From Balanoglossus misakiensis (Eukaryota > Animalia > Hemichordata): 64,000 nt of DNA. The translations under genes and the position numbers were made by a program. The first letter of the stretch is position 1; each line of letters begins with the position of its first letter. Of the stretch, positions 20,801-34,300 are shown piece by piece. The notes beneath the pieces are model-generated. The model made no database searches, was not told the DNA's origin, and was given only the letters and a program-made list of their open reading frames with translations. The stretch is from positions 9,532,844-9,596,843 of the forward strand of contig CM082588.2 in assembly GCA_040954595.2 (NCBI GenBank), in the 5' to 3' direction.

Positions 20801-21099
20801 CCGCTGTCAAAACAATCTTCTGGAAAGTTGACTATACATGAAACACGGTAATATGGTATGGTATGGTTTGGGCATCGTTTAGAGGTTATAAACGGCTAGC
20901 GAGGGTATTTGGTTGCGGATATAAGACCTCTCAGGTGAAAATTAGCATATTTGGCGGGAAATAATCACCGAGCGATTCTAACTTGAAGTTCGGAAAGGCG
21001 AAAAAAAGTCGACTGGGCTGGATTTGGATTACACGGCCACCCTGCACTTTTGCTTGAAAATATTAAAGCATATTACCTCATATGAGATTCTAGACGGCA

Positions 21100-22145
21100 A
21101 CAAACTTCAACTGCACCACAAAAGAGTGATTATGCGTGTTGTGTGTAAGGGCATAACACAGACACTATAAGTTGTGTGAAGGGGTAAATCGATTAACCAT
21201 GTTAGAAATGTACTCCAGGGTAAGGCCATGAATGGCATTGATGTACTCCAGGGTAAGGCCATGAATGGCATTGTATTTAAGAAGCAATATCTTGTAAACA
21301 ATCCTGGCACAAACTGGTAGCCAATCCAGAGTGATGAGGGCAAGAGTGATGTGTTCAAACTTCTTCGACCGGGTGATGATATTTGCTGCTGTGTTTTGTA
21401 ATCACTGAAGTAGATTTACTGCAGATTGAGGAAGACCAAACAGTAACGAATTGAAGTATTCAAGTTTGGTTGAAAGAACTACACGAATTCAATCCTTAGA
21501 AGATAGGTACTTTCGTATTGATCCGATGTGTCGACGATAAAAAAAAACGTGGACATACATGTATTCTTGATGGGCTGGTTATAAATATGGATACTATCAA
21601 AGACAGCTCCCAGATTACACGTTGCTGTTACCAGAGAGATGGATGCAGAGCCCATGTTGGAGGATGGAATAGGATCAAGAAGATGAGCGAATATCAACGA
21701 CTTCGGTTTTGTTTAGCTGTAGTTTATTCAGTGTCATCCATGCCTTCGATGCAGATCTCCAGAGATTGGACGATAGAGGGTGGATCTTGCGGAGAAAAAG
21801 CAAGGTATAGTAGTTTGTCATCGGCGTACTGATGAAATTGTGGTTGTGGTGACGATTCAGTTTACAAAGTGGGGCTATATAAATGGCGAAGAACAGAGGG
21901 CCAAGGACAGAGCCGCGTAGGCCCAATACGATAGGTGAATGTGAACTTGCAGTGTTTTCGATGATTACAGTTTGGTATCTATTTTGAATGTAAGATGTTA
22001 AACCATGTTAATACTGTGTCTGTAATGCCAAGGTTCGATAGTCTACGAATAAGTATCCCGTGATCAATGGAATCGAATGCGGCGGAGAGGTCAAGTAAGA
22101 TCAGTAGTGCATACTTTTCAGAGTCGTACTACCGCTGGAATATTA
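21100..22145 (-). mobile_element. Degraded L2-clade LINE RT fragment
   Basis: [55 protein letters not shown], with many frameshifts. Includes a ~33-bp tandem duplication at ~21208-21273. Confidence 0.75.
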
Positions 22146-23194
22146 TTGTAGTTCATACATCAGGGACATTGTAGCGATGAGGTAACGGCCTGTGACGAGA
22201 ACAGTGATCCACGGAGACACGTATCTGATTCACGTTCATTTATTGTCGAGAATTACTCCAGTACATCAAATATGTCCAGTTAAGTATGTGAGGAAGGAAA
22301 CGAGCTCAGTAGCCTGAGGTACATACATCTCCCGTTAGATTATTCTCCTCCCCCAACTTTGCAAACAAAGTTCTCTTATAATTACTTTTCTCAAGGCGTG
22401 GTTAATCATGTCAAATATCACAAATACAATGTGTTACAATTTCATAAGGCATCAATTCAACTATATACGTACCAAATTACATAGAGCGTTATATAATAAA
22501 GTCAGTTCGATGATGATTGACACTCAGAGCAGTCAATTAAACACCAGCTCCCCCTATCTACTTCAAATACATAAAATAAAAATACTATCAAACATTGACA
22601 TTCCCGAGCTTTAAGTATAATTGACCCTTAAAATCATATTTGACCTTTGTACAGATCATAACACTCCCCTTGTTTTAAAGCAATGCGTCCCGCATTGGAC
22701 ACAAGTTTCTTAATTAAGAAGATAATGCAATAAAATACAACTTGCTAAATCGGTTATCTCTGTGGTTTCTTTATACAAACACATAGCCATTACAAGGGAC
22801 TATTTACACAAACTGGGCCAACTATTTAGGTCATCAAACGAACGAAAAATTCAACTCAAAACATTTTTCTCCAGTGTTAAAATCTCTGCAACTTCAAACT
22901 TCACTGGTAATTTCTTTATAACGTAAATACATCAACACATTTAAACAGAGTGACACGGGAACCAGGTTGCATAGCACATACAACTAAACTCAGCAAACAA
23001 CGGATAAAAAATGTCATTCGACAACTTGCGTAACATTTAAACGAATCAAGGGACACGCCAATCGTATTCTCACTCATACAGACTGGCCAACACTCATACC
23101 TCTCAGTCGTGTTCAAACTCTCATTTCAGTCAACCACGTGTCTCCATTTTCCGTGTTTTTTTTTTGTTACGCGCATATTTCTCTGTCCATAGAT

Positions 23195-23389
23195 TTAAAT
23201 GTGCAAATGTGCTATAACCCGTTTCCCCTTTATCTTTACAGGATTTCTCATCAAATACTCTTTTGCAATTTCATTCAAATTGTCTTCATCCTCCCACGTA
23301 TTATGTTTGGTTGAATTATTCTTCCACTTAACCAAATACTGTAATTTCCCATTTCTATGTCGACCCTTCAACACATTTTCTATTTCGTA
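23195..23389 (-). pseudogene. Chromodomain at C-terminus of Gypsy integrase
   Basis: YEIENVLKGRHRNGKLQYLVKWKNNSTKHNTWEDEDNL, read manually and not in the ORF track. Confidence 0.85.
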
Positions 23390-23580
23390 AATGGCTCAGA
23401 AGCTTTGTTCTGACAATTTCAATTGTTATTAGTTTCATCGATAGCACTGGGATTTGTCCTTGACGACAAATCTCTCAATTCCAATCCCTCAATTTGATCA
23501 GAACCATTCTCTGATTCATTTATGTCTGCTTTAGGACTTTGACATATTTCGGTCCCATTTTCATAATTTTTGGTATCTGG

Positions 23581-25785
23581 TGTTATTACGCCGGCCGTCC
23601 TCCGGACGTTCACCTCCTTCGGACGCTTCTGTGGGGAATCAGCCACGTCCGAAGGTTGACGGCGTAAATTCTCTCCATCTCCTTCTCCACCCAACATATT
23701 CATAGAGTCTTAGAGAGGTACCCGGCAGATCGTAAACCTTTCGTAGACAGAGACTTGCAACAAGTTTTCCGAGTAACACAAAGTTCTGGTTTATTACTGG
23801 TCACACGTAAGAATTACACGACTCGATCCATGCTCGTTGACTCCCATCACGGATCTCCCGTTATAAACGTGTGATCTCAAATTTCACCACACCTTATTAA
23901 TACGTTAGTCAAGTATTAAGTCATAAAAAGAACACGTCATCTTAATATTTCTTAAACATGAACTTAGCGCGTGATATCTCTATCTCCTTCTGACATGTAT
24001 CAATTACACAATCTTGTTTACTCTGGGTCAAGTACCTATGTCAATACTGGACTAAAACCATACAAGTGAATGACTTCTTACTTAATCATAAACAAGATCT
24101 ATGATCGTTAAAACTCAATCGTGACACTTCCCACTTTTCCAATAATCGAACTTCCACGTTCGATCAAAGAAAGAATGAAAACGAAAACCAGGTCTGCGCT
24201 ATCGGTTTTAAATAAACTACGTCAAAATCAAACTCAATAATCACCTTTAAAATATCACAGCCTGTTCAAACAAATTGAAGAAAATCGCATAAAACGTTTT
24301 CAATGTCAAAATTCAAAACGACTTCACTGTTCTGACTTCTCGTCAAAGAGTGTCTCTTTTCCAGTGCAAAATTCAACAGTCAATAACCGCGTAAAAAAAA
24401 TCAAGTCTGATAGTTCTTTCGTACAAACATAATACACTTCATCATACTGCCACGTTCAAAAAAAAAACACGACAATGGAAACGAATTCTTATGTGAAAGG
24501 ATGCGTAAAACTACAATAAAATCAACTACACTCTGGGACTTCTCTCTTGTCCCTCGTATGAACTCACATGCCAACTCAAGGGGCCATTTTCATACGCCAG
24601 ACCGTCTCCCTTGCGGTCATCAAAACATCACGACTTCATCACCAGACCGACTCTCTTGCGGTCATCACAAAAACTTCAACAACTCCTCAAAAACCTATTA
24701 AATTTCACTACACTTCACGGCATCACTTCAACAAAAGAATACACAATTACAATGTCGAAAACAAGGCAAAAACTTGGTGGAAAACAATATCAAATCAAAA
24801 GCGGTTAATAAAACTCACGTCATCAGAGTAGACAAAGAAAATACGATCACGCAATATTTCAATGATCAAATCTCCCAAACTATAGATTAAAAAGGCTGAT
24901 TATTCAGTTCAATGTCATTCTATCACAGTTCTTTTGCGATAGCAGACGATTCAAGAGTCTTCCCTTCTTCATTCCACGAGACCTCTTTTCTTCGTCGCCC
25001 GAACTGCTTCAACTACATGCTTCTGGATACGACGCCCCTCTGATCAAACAACAGATCCATCGTTGAAAACCCGTCCACGCATTCCATGCAGTCAACAGTC
25101 AGCACCAACCTTTTTTCTGTTCTCGTTTCCTTCTGAAGCAGACCATTTAATCGTCAGTTTCGCCAGCTTTTTCTCTTCTTTCTCGGTTCAGGAATCAGTT
25201 GCAACATCTCTGCCTACCCGGATTCTAACACCATGTGTTATTACGCCCGCCCGCCGTCCTTCGGACGTTCACCTCCTTCGGACGCTTCTGCGGGGAATCA
25301 GCCACGTCCGAAGGTTGACGGCGTAACTTCTCTCCATCTCCTTCTCCACCCAACACATTCATAAAGTCCGAGAGAGGTACCCGGCAGATCGTAAACCTTT
25401 CGTAGACAGAGACTTGCAACAAGTTTTCCGAGTAACACAAAGTTCTGGTTTATTACTGGTCACACGTAAGAATTACACGACTCGATCCATGCTCGTTGAC
25501 TCCCATCACGGATCTCCCGTTATAAACGTGTGATCTCAAATTTCACCACACCTTATTAATACGTTAGTCAAGTATTAAGTCATAAAAAGAACACGTCATC
25601 TTAATATTTCTTAAACATGAACTTAGCGCGTGATATCTCTATCTCCTTCTGACATGTATCATTTACACAATCTTGTTTACTCTGGGTCAAGTACCTATGT
25701 CAATACTGGACTAAAACCATACAAGTGAATGACTTCTTACTTAATCATAAACAAGATCTATGATCGTTAAAACTCAATCGTGACA
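23581..25785 (-). mobile_element. Complete non-coding LTR retroelement (2.2 kb; TRIM/LARD-like) nested in Gypsy integrase
   Basis: LTRs TG…CA at 23581-24126 and 25236-25785. 4-bp TSD CTGG. Minus-strand PBS TGGTGTTAGAATCCGGGT (tRNA-Leu-like). PPT AAAAGTGGGAAG. The ~1.1-kb internal region has no recognisable gag or pol. Confidence 0.9.
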
Positions 25786-26954
25786 CTGGTGAGGATGAGT
25801 CAAACTCTGAGGGGCGCAAATAAGCTCTTTTTAGCCTATTCACATGTATGCCTTTACGATAATTCCTGGTGCTATTGATGAAACGTAACTTGTAATTAAC
25901 AGGACCCGCCTTCTCAGAAATAATGTAAGGACCTGTCCACTTATGTACGAATTTCTTATTAACTCCTGGTTTAACATCAGGTGTGTATAAATATACAGGA
26001 TCCCCCACTTTAAGATTTTGTGACCGTTGGATATTTTGATCATAACGGTCCTTCATATTCTGTCGACCTATATTCTCTTTGGCGATTTTATGAGCTATCT
26101 CCCTCTTAGCAGCTAAATGTTTAAGGTGTGTATCTATATTTCTTGTCCTCCCCTCAACTGGCTGGAATTCAACATCCATGGGCAATGTGGGATGCCGACC
26201 TTATAACACATAATACGGGCTGAACCCACTGGACTCTTGAGGACTAACTCTATACGCGAAAAGCACTGAACTTAGGTACCGATCCCAATCTTTCTGTTTA
26301 CTATCAACAAACATGGACAGCATGTCGACTAGGCAACTATTGAAACGTTCTGTAAGGCCATTGGTCTGTGGACGATAAGGGGTAGAAACTTTACTCTGGA
26401 TGTTGAAATATTTGCAAGTTTCGTGAACTACCTGGGATAAAAAAATTCGATCCCTCATTACTCAGCAAAACTCTGGGGCTTCCATAAGTAGCAATTACTT
26501 CATCAAACAAGATCTTAGCAACTGTCAGCTCGTGCATTACGTAATGGATATGCTACTGGAAACTTAGTAAAGTAATGAGTAAGTACTAAGATGTATTTAT
26601 GGCCATCATAAGTTCTAGGGAGGGGTCCCACAATATCCATACCCAGTCGGTCCCAGGGTCCTGATACTGGAATAGGTAACAACTTAGCATGAGTAGGGGG
26701 TGTGGCTCTCTTTCGTGTGTGACAATGTGCGCATGTCTTTACGTACATGTCAACATCCCGGGGCATCCTTTCCCAAAAATACCTATGTCTTAAAACTCCC
26801 AACGTTTTAGTGTATCCTAAATGTCCCGCTAAAACACAATCATGAGCCCACCGCAGCACATAATTTCTTGAGGACTTAGTTATCACAACCTGTCTAACAC
26901 AATCTAATTAACCAGCTGATTTCCCCTTGTTTCCAAAGATGGAAGAGAATAATC

Positions 26955-28200
26955 TAACGGGAGATGGGAGTACCTCAGGCTACTGAGTTCGTTCCCTTCC
27001 TCATGTACTTTACTGGGCGTATTTGATGTACTATAATAATTATGGATAATAAATGAACGTGGATCAGGTACGTGTCTCCATGGATCACCTGGAAGTGAAA
27101 TGGTTATTCCAGTGAAAGTGCCGTATAAATATTTTACTGGAGTTTTAGATTTTATTTCTGATAAACGAACACGATTAACGCCGGGTATTTTGGCAGCTAA
27201 GGTGTTGGCCTATTCGAATAAGAATTTTCTTCCCATGCGAGTTGTAAACACTTTGGATACAGTGGTCAAAATTAAGAAAAACAGTGTTGTTGGAAAGTTT
27301 TCGCCCTTGCCCTGTAATAGTCGAATAATCCCACTCGATAATAATGCCATTAATTGTGTCTCACCTGAAGGGCCCCATACACAGAAAGAGACGGATTATT
27401 TGATGGGTCAATTGAAGCTTAATGAATTAGAGATAACTAAGGCTCAGCGTAAACAGCTTAGAGATGTTTTACTGCACAATATAGAAGCTTTTGTTGAGTC
27501 TAGTGGTCGTTTACGTAACTGTGATGTAATCAAACATAGAATACGATTACAAGAGGGCGCTGCCCCGTTCCGTCGACCTTACCGAGTAACGCTTGAGAAA
27601 AGACGTGAACTTGAGCGACAAGTTGATCAGCTGTTAGAACTAAATATTATCGAGTCGTCTACTTCACCGATTGCTAGTCCAATAATTTTAGTCAAAAAGC
27701 CTGATGGTTCGTGGCGTTTTTGCACAGATTTCCGTCATTTAAAAAATATTACAGTGCCTGATTCGTTTCCCTTACCCAGAACGGACGAATATCTTGAAAT
27801 GTTAGGCAAGAATAAGCCTCAGTATTTTTCGACGCTAGACTTACAGTCAGGATTTTTTCAATTGGAATTAGATGAAGAGAGTACACCAAAAACAGCTTTT
27901 GTCACACATCAAGGTTTATATCAATACAGGAGACTTGCCCAGGGGTTGCGAAATAGTCCCATGGACAGGTCCTTACATTATTTCTGTGAAGGTGCGTCCT
28001 GTTAATTACAAGTTACGTTTCATATATAGCACCAGGAATTATCGCAAAGTCATACATGTGAATAGACTAAAAAGAGCTTATTTGCACCACTCCGACTTTG
28101 ACTCATCCTCATCTGATGAGTCGTGTGAAGAAAACGGTGTCCCAGAAACCACAAATTATGAAAATGATACCCTAGAATTGGTGCTTGACACAGAACATGT
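26955..28200 (+). mobile_element. Gypsy pol fragment: RT N-half fused to integrase C-terminus
   Basis: HRIRL..GA.P.RRPYR, SPIILVKKPDGSWRFCTDFR, FSTLDLQSGFFQ, KTAFVT..GLY…GLRNSP, then abruptly WTGPY…HVNRLK. Confidence 0.85.
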
Positions 28201-29049
28201 TTTACTTTCTCGAATGCATGTTCGCATCTATCATCTCATTCAAATTTCGTGTCCTTTCCCAACAATTTATGTATAGGCCTAGCAATGATCGAGAAATTCT
28301 TTATAAACTTTCTAAAATAATTGGGCCAACCCAAAAATTATTTCAACTGTGTGACAGTATGAGGACGGGGATATTCTTTAACAACTGTTACTTTACTCTT
28401 GTCAGCCGCAATTCCATCCTTACCAGTAGGACAAACCTCCAAATTTAGCGACTGCCTACAATATGTCTGCGCATGCTCACACCCTGTATTTGCATATACT
28501 GACGTCCCTGGCATGGAAATGCGGAAGTATTTGTCGAAGTTCGCTCTTGGATGTTATCGGCCTGCTTTTGATGTTATGTACATCGACTTTCGGGTATTTT
28601 CGGTTTGAACTTGTACGTCACACCCTCCCTTCCAGCATGGTGTCGTGTAAACAGGGTAAGTAAAAAAATTCAGTCGAATTTCATGAAAATCGATGTCCGT
28701 GTGACCATTTGCCCGCCATGATTCGAATCGACATAACAAGCAATAGAACGTACCAGTTTAAAAACCATCGATCTGAACCTTCTATACCTAGTTTAAGTCA
28801 TGTTGAATGAAACAATGTCTTCAAACAGCAGATTATCTAATGGGGGACAATGGAGGACGGTTTTTGCGAATGGTTTGCTCACTTCCGGTGTGCTAGATTT
28901 GTCAAAGCGCGTTTTCACGTGTACGGGTATAGGTACATGCATGTACCTATTTCAATTGAACTTGTTTTCCAATGTTTTGAAAGGATCGGGTAGGTGACGT
29001 TGCTTTCTGAACCGTGCCTCTTTCTTCCCCAACAGGTCCAACTACACGT

Positions 29050-29260
29050 GGTCCTAGTGGCCAAGTTATCAACGTGATTTTTGAAAACCTGATATGGTAA
29101 TTTATCACTTCCTACAGTTTTCCTAAGTTTGGAGTGATTAACAACTTTGGTTACCTCCTCAAGTGAGATGTTATGATTTAAAACAGTACTATGATGGTAG
29201 CCTTCTGTCAACTGCATTTCTAGTTTCATTTCATGTTAGTAATGTGTGGTTCAGTTGCTA
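29050..29260 (-). mobile_element. Short LINE ORF2 fragment (pre-RT region)
   Basis: LNHNISLEEVTKVVNHSKLRKTVGSDKLPYQVFKN resembles the I..EEV…K..GPD.I..E.LK motif. Confidence 0.55.
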
Positions 29261-30318
29261 TTTACATTACACAGAGACTATGAAGCCCTTTCTGAATTCC
29301 ATTGTTCTCAATAAATTACACAAACACATGATGTACAGAAATGAATATATTTAAATCTTTATTTCTTAAAACCTGGCAACAAACAAACAAATAAGTGTGT
29401 ATAAACATGAATAAATATTTCAACTTTTAATAAAAAATATGGTCTCTTGATTCATTTTTGATCAGCCCCCTTCCCCCATCATTGATTCTACTCATGTAAA
29501 TGTGTTTGCTAGCATAATTTAGACGGCGTCGCTGTTCACTAAATATTCTATCTTTAACTTCTTCTTGCCGTAAGTCTTCTTATTCCCCACTTCACTATTC
29601 CTGTCTGGTGTCTTTTCATTTGACTGAAGGTGAAAAGTGTAAAGACGTTGTTAATGCGCTTGACACACATGCAGTAAATAATAAGGTGTAAATATAAATA
29701 TGTGAACAGCGTCAACAAGGTTATTATGTTCAAATACTAGTATATGATGATGCGGACAAACAACTTTGCTCACTGGACGATGCTGACATGGTCATGGTAA
29801 TTATCTGATCACATGCTTTGTTTATCAACGTACACCCAGGTATTTCAGGCTATAACTATGGCGAAAACTGTGTGTAATGCTATTCAACCGGACTTAGAAA
29901 CGTGTGAAAAGTTGCTCCTAGTGACGGTATGGTGTTCGCATGTCAAAGTTCCGCGAACACAGTGTATGTACACACTGGCATTTCATTTCGATGGCACTCC
30001 ATTTCTTCCAGAAATACAAAAAACACAATCAATGCATGTTCTAAACACACTACGACCAATTCAAATTATCATGAAAATGTATTACCGTTGATGGTTGCTC
30101 CATTATCCTGCCCGGGATTAAAGACTGGGTCGATTATCCACGCAACAGAAGATAGACCGTCGACCGCCATGTGATGTTCCATAACATAACCTGGGTCAGA
30201 TGACGTGACCTTTGTTCAGCTTCCGGCAATCACGTCATATCGCACATGCGCGTTGGAGCTAAACACTAAGTAGCTAATTAGTTGCGCATACGCAAGTCGC
30301 TAAATTTGGAGGTTTGTC

Positions 30319-31350
30319 CTACTGCTTACTGATAACATGACCCCAAAATTTAACACTCTTTCTCATAAATTGACATTTGCTGGGTTTTAATTTCAATCCA
30401 GCTTGACGTAACCTGGTTTGGACAGTATCAATGTGTTGTAGATGCTCCTCAAAAGAGCTGCTTAATATAATAATATCATCAATATAACAAAGCACATATT
30501 GCCACTGTGACATAATATTGCGTAACACGTGTTGCATAGTACGCTGAAAACAACTGCACTTATGTACGAATTTCTTATTAACTGCTGGTTTAACAGGAGG
30601 TGTGTATAAATATACAGGATCCCCCACTTTAAGATTTTGCGACCGTTGGATATTTTTATCATAACGGTCCTTCATATTCTGTTGATATCGATCTGTATTC
30701 TCTTTGGCGATTTTATGAGCTATCTCCCTCTTAGCAGCTAAATGTTTAAGGTGTGTATCTATATTTCTTGTCCTCCCCTCAACTAGCTGGAATTCAACAT
30801 CCATGGGCAATGTGGGATGCCGACCTTATAACACATAATACGGGCTGAACCCACTGGACTCTTGAGGACTAACTCTATACGCGAAAAGCACTGAACTTAG
30901 GTACCGATACCAATCTTTCTGTTTATTATCGACAAACATGGACAGCATGTCGACTAGGCAACCATTGAAACGTTCTGTAAGGCCATTGGTCTGTGGACGA
31001 TAAGGGGTAGAAACTTTACTCTGAATGTTGAAATATTTGCAGGTTTCGTGAACTACCTGGGATAAAAAAAATCGATCCCTCATTACTCAGCAAAACTCTG
31101 GGGCTTCCATAAGTAGCAATTACTTCATCAAACAAGATCTTAGCAACTGTCTCAGCTCGTGCATTACATAATGGATATGCTAATGAAAACTTTGTAAAGT
31201 AATGAGTAAGTACTAAGAAGTAAAGTAATGAGTAAGTACTAAGATGTATTTATGACCATCATAAGTTCTAGGGAGGGGTCCCACAATATCCATACCCAGT
31301 CGGTCCCAGGGTCCTGAAACTGGAATTGGTAACAACTTAGCATGAGTAGG
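30319..31350 (-). mobile_element. Second Gypsy integrase copy fused to RT C-half (YIDD)
   Basis: 30557-31350 is nearly identical to 25935-26700. 30319-30556 encodes SCFQRTMQ…CYIDDIII…HLQHI…LKLKPSKC…GH. Confidence 0.85.
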
Positions 31351-31357
31351 GTGTGTT

Positions 31358-34300
31358 GTTCTCACACACAAAAAATAGAAAAAAAGTGGTCTCGAACCAA
31401 GATCAGTTGACACCTTCAGGTAAAAGGCTAGCCTTCCTGAAACCATTCGCCATCACGATGTGTACTCGAAAAAGTCGGAAATTTTCCGCACTATATTGCA
31501 GCATTACTCCAATGATCTTATTTGCACCGCAGCGATGCATATACGAGTTCCCTGCACCGCAGCGGTGCGAATAAGAGTTTCCTACCCCGCAACGATCTGA
31601 CCGTTCTTTATTCACTCCTCGGCGACAAAAATGTTTTATTACGGCCTAAATAACGACTTTTTCGCTCCTTGGTTGGTCATGCGGACGGAAAGACACGGTT
31701 TTAGCGAGTTTATTTTTCTCTCTGCTGAGCACTCCGTATTCAGACTTGCCCAAGTGAACCACGACAAAAAATGACCAAGTTTCCCTGCATGTTTCTTGTA
31801 CCCGACAGATAAAAAACGCAGCGTAGATATTGAAATGAATTGGATTTATGAAAATGATAAAAATTACAATGGTAATGTCGTTTAAAGTTCTCACAAAAAA
31901 AAAATAGAAAAAAAAAGTGGTCACGAACGGACATCAGTTGACACCTTCAGGTAAAAGGCTAGCCTTCCTGAACCATTCGCCATCACGATGTGTACTCGAA
32001 ACAGTCGGAAATTTTCCGCACTATATTGCAGCATAACTCCAATGATCTTATTTGCACCGCAGCGGTGCAAATAAGAGTTCCCTGCACCGCAGCGGTGCAA
32101 AATAAGAGTTCTCTGCACCGCAACGATCTGACCGTTCTTTATTCACTCCTCGGCGAAAAAACGTTTTATTACGGCCTAAATAACGACTTTTTCGCTCCTT
32201 GGTTGGTCATGCGGACGGAAAAAAAAGGGTTTTAGCGAGTTTATCTTTCTCTCTCCAGAACACTCCGTATTCAGACTTGCCCAAGTGAACCACGACAAAA
32301 ATATGACCATGTTTCCCTGCATGTTTCTTATACCCGACAGATAAAAAACGCAGCGTTGATATTGCAATGAATTGGCTTTATGAAAATGACGTAAATTACA
32401 CTGATAATGTCGTTAAAAATGTTCACACAAAAAAAGAAATAGAAAAAAAAGTGGTCTCGAACCAACATCAGTTGACACCTTCAGGTAAAAGGCTAGCCTT
32501 CCTGAACTATTCGACATCACGATGTGTACTCGAAAAAGTCGGAAATTTTCCGCACTATATTGCAGCATAACTCCAATGATTTTATTTGCACCGCAGCGGT
32601 GCAAATACGAGTTACCTGCACCGCAGCGGTGCGAAGAAGAGTTCCCTACCCCGCAACGATCTGACCGTTCTTTATTCACTCCTCGGGGACAAAAACGTTT
32701 TATTACGGCCTAAATAACGACTTTTTCGCTCCTTGGTTGGTCATGCGGACGGAAAGACACGGTTTTAGCGAGTTTATTTTTCTCTCTGCTGAGCACTCCG
32801 TATTCAGACTTGCCCAAGTGAACCGCGACAAAAAATGACCAAGTTTCCCTGCATGTTTCTTATGCCCGACAGATAAAAAACGCAGCGTAGATATTGAAAT
32901 GAATTGGCTTTATGAAAATGATAAAAATTACACTGATAATGTCGTTAAAAGTTCTCACAAAAAAAAATATTAAAAAAAAGTGGTCACGAACGGACATCAG
33001 TTGACACCTTCAGGTAAAAGGCTAGCCTTCCTGAACCATTCGCCATCACGATGTGTACTCGAAAAAGTCGGAAATTTTCCGCACTATATTGCAGCATAAC
33101 TCCAATGATCTTATTTGCACCGCAGCGGTGCAAATACGAGTTACTTGCACGGCAGCGGTGCAAAGAAGAGTTCCCTACCCCGCAACGATCTGACCGTTCT
33201 TTATTCACTCCTCGGGGACAAAAACGTTTTATTACGGCCTAAATAACGACTTTTTCGCTCCTTGGTTGGTCATGCGGACGGAAAGACACGGTTTTAGCGA
33301 GTTTATTTTTCTCTCTACTGAGTACTCCGTATTCAGACTTGCCCAAGTGAACCGCGACAAAAAATGACCAAGTTTCCCTGCATGTTTCTTATACCCGACA
33401 GATAAAAAATCGCGTCAAGGACACAGTGGTCCCATTGAGGGATTACACAAGAAAAAGTCTACACCGGAGTACATGGCCATACTGTATACACACAGACAGA
33501 CACACACACACACACACACACACACATAGCGAGAGATCAATGGGCAAGCACTGACTGACCCATAAGTTGCCAATGGCAAATGTACTATACATACACTAAA
33601 TAGAACAGCTGTCCTCTTTAAAACTTAACCAGTTATGTAATCATTCAGGAATTTGGGAATTGGCTGTGTATATACAAAACCACAGGGGTTTCCTGTCTAA
33701 TTTAAACAACTCAATAAAGTAAATATACACACCACTTTACAAAGCAATCTGACCAGTAGTTCTTGAGTTACTGAGTTTTGACCAATTTCACATTTTTCCA
33801 GCTAATTTGCATATTTTTGGCAATGACAACTTCATTTGAACAAAATCCCATCTACAGCCCAGCCTGCATCTGCACACCAAAAATCAAGGTGATACACGCA
33901 GCGGTTTTCAAGTTTTTGATGTGGACGGACATACAGACATACATCCATCCATCCATACATACATCCATACATACATACAGACGCAACCGATCCCATAAGG
34001 TCCCATGGTACATACCAATGGGACCTAAAAACGCAGCGTAGATATTGAAATGAATTGGATTTATGAAAATGATAAAAATTACAACTGCAATGTCGTTAAA
34101 AGTTCTCTCAACAAAAAATAGAAAAAAAAAGTGGTCTCGAACCAACATCAGTTGACTCGTTCAGGTAAAAAGGCTAGCCTTCCTCTACCCTTCGCCATCA
34201 CGATGTGTACTCGAAAAAGTCGGAATTTTTCCGCACTATATTGCAGCATAACTCCAATGATCTTATTTGCACTGCAGCGGGCAATACGAGTTCCCTGCAC

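Larger units (their letters stand above)
22191..26945 (-). mobile_element. 3' half of a Gypsy/Ty3 LTR retrotransposon: integrase + chromodomain + PPT + 3' LTR
   Basis: Integrase motifs H..GHLG…YFW..M..DV..YV..C..C, GMDIVGPLP, YRPQTNGLTERFN, WTGPY (25790-26886, frameshifted). Chromodomain at 23195-23389. PPT AAAACAAGGGGAG precedes TGTTATG. The LTR spans ~22191-22663 (its left boundary is uncertain). Confidence 0.85.

Noticed and set aside
23419-23703. 94-aa ORF MNMLGGEGDG…
   Set aside because: It is a chimera of LTR sequence and the integrase-chromodomain linker created by the nested insertion, not a gene.
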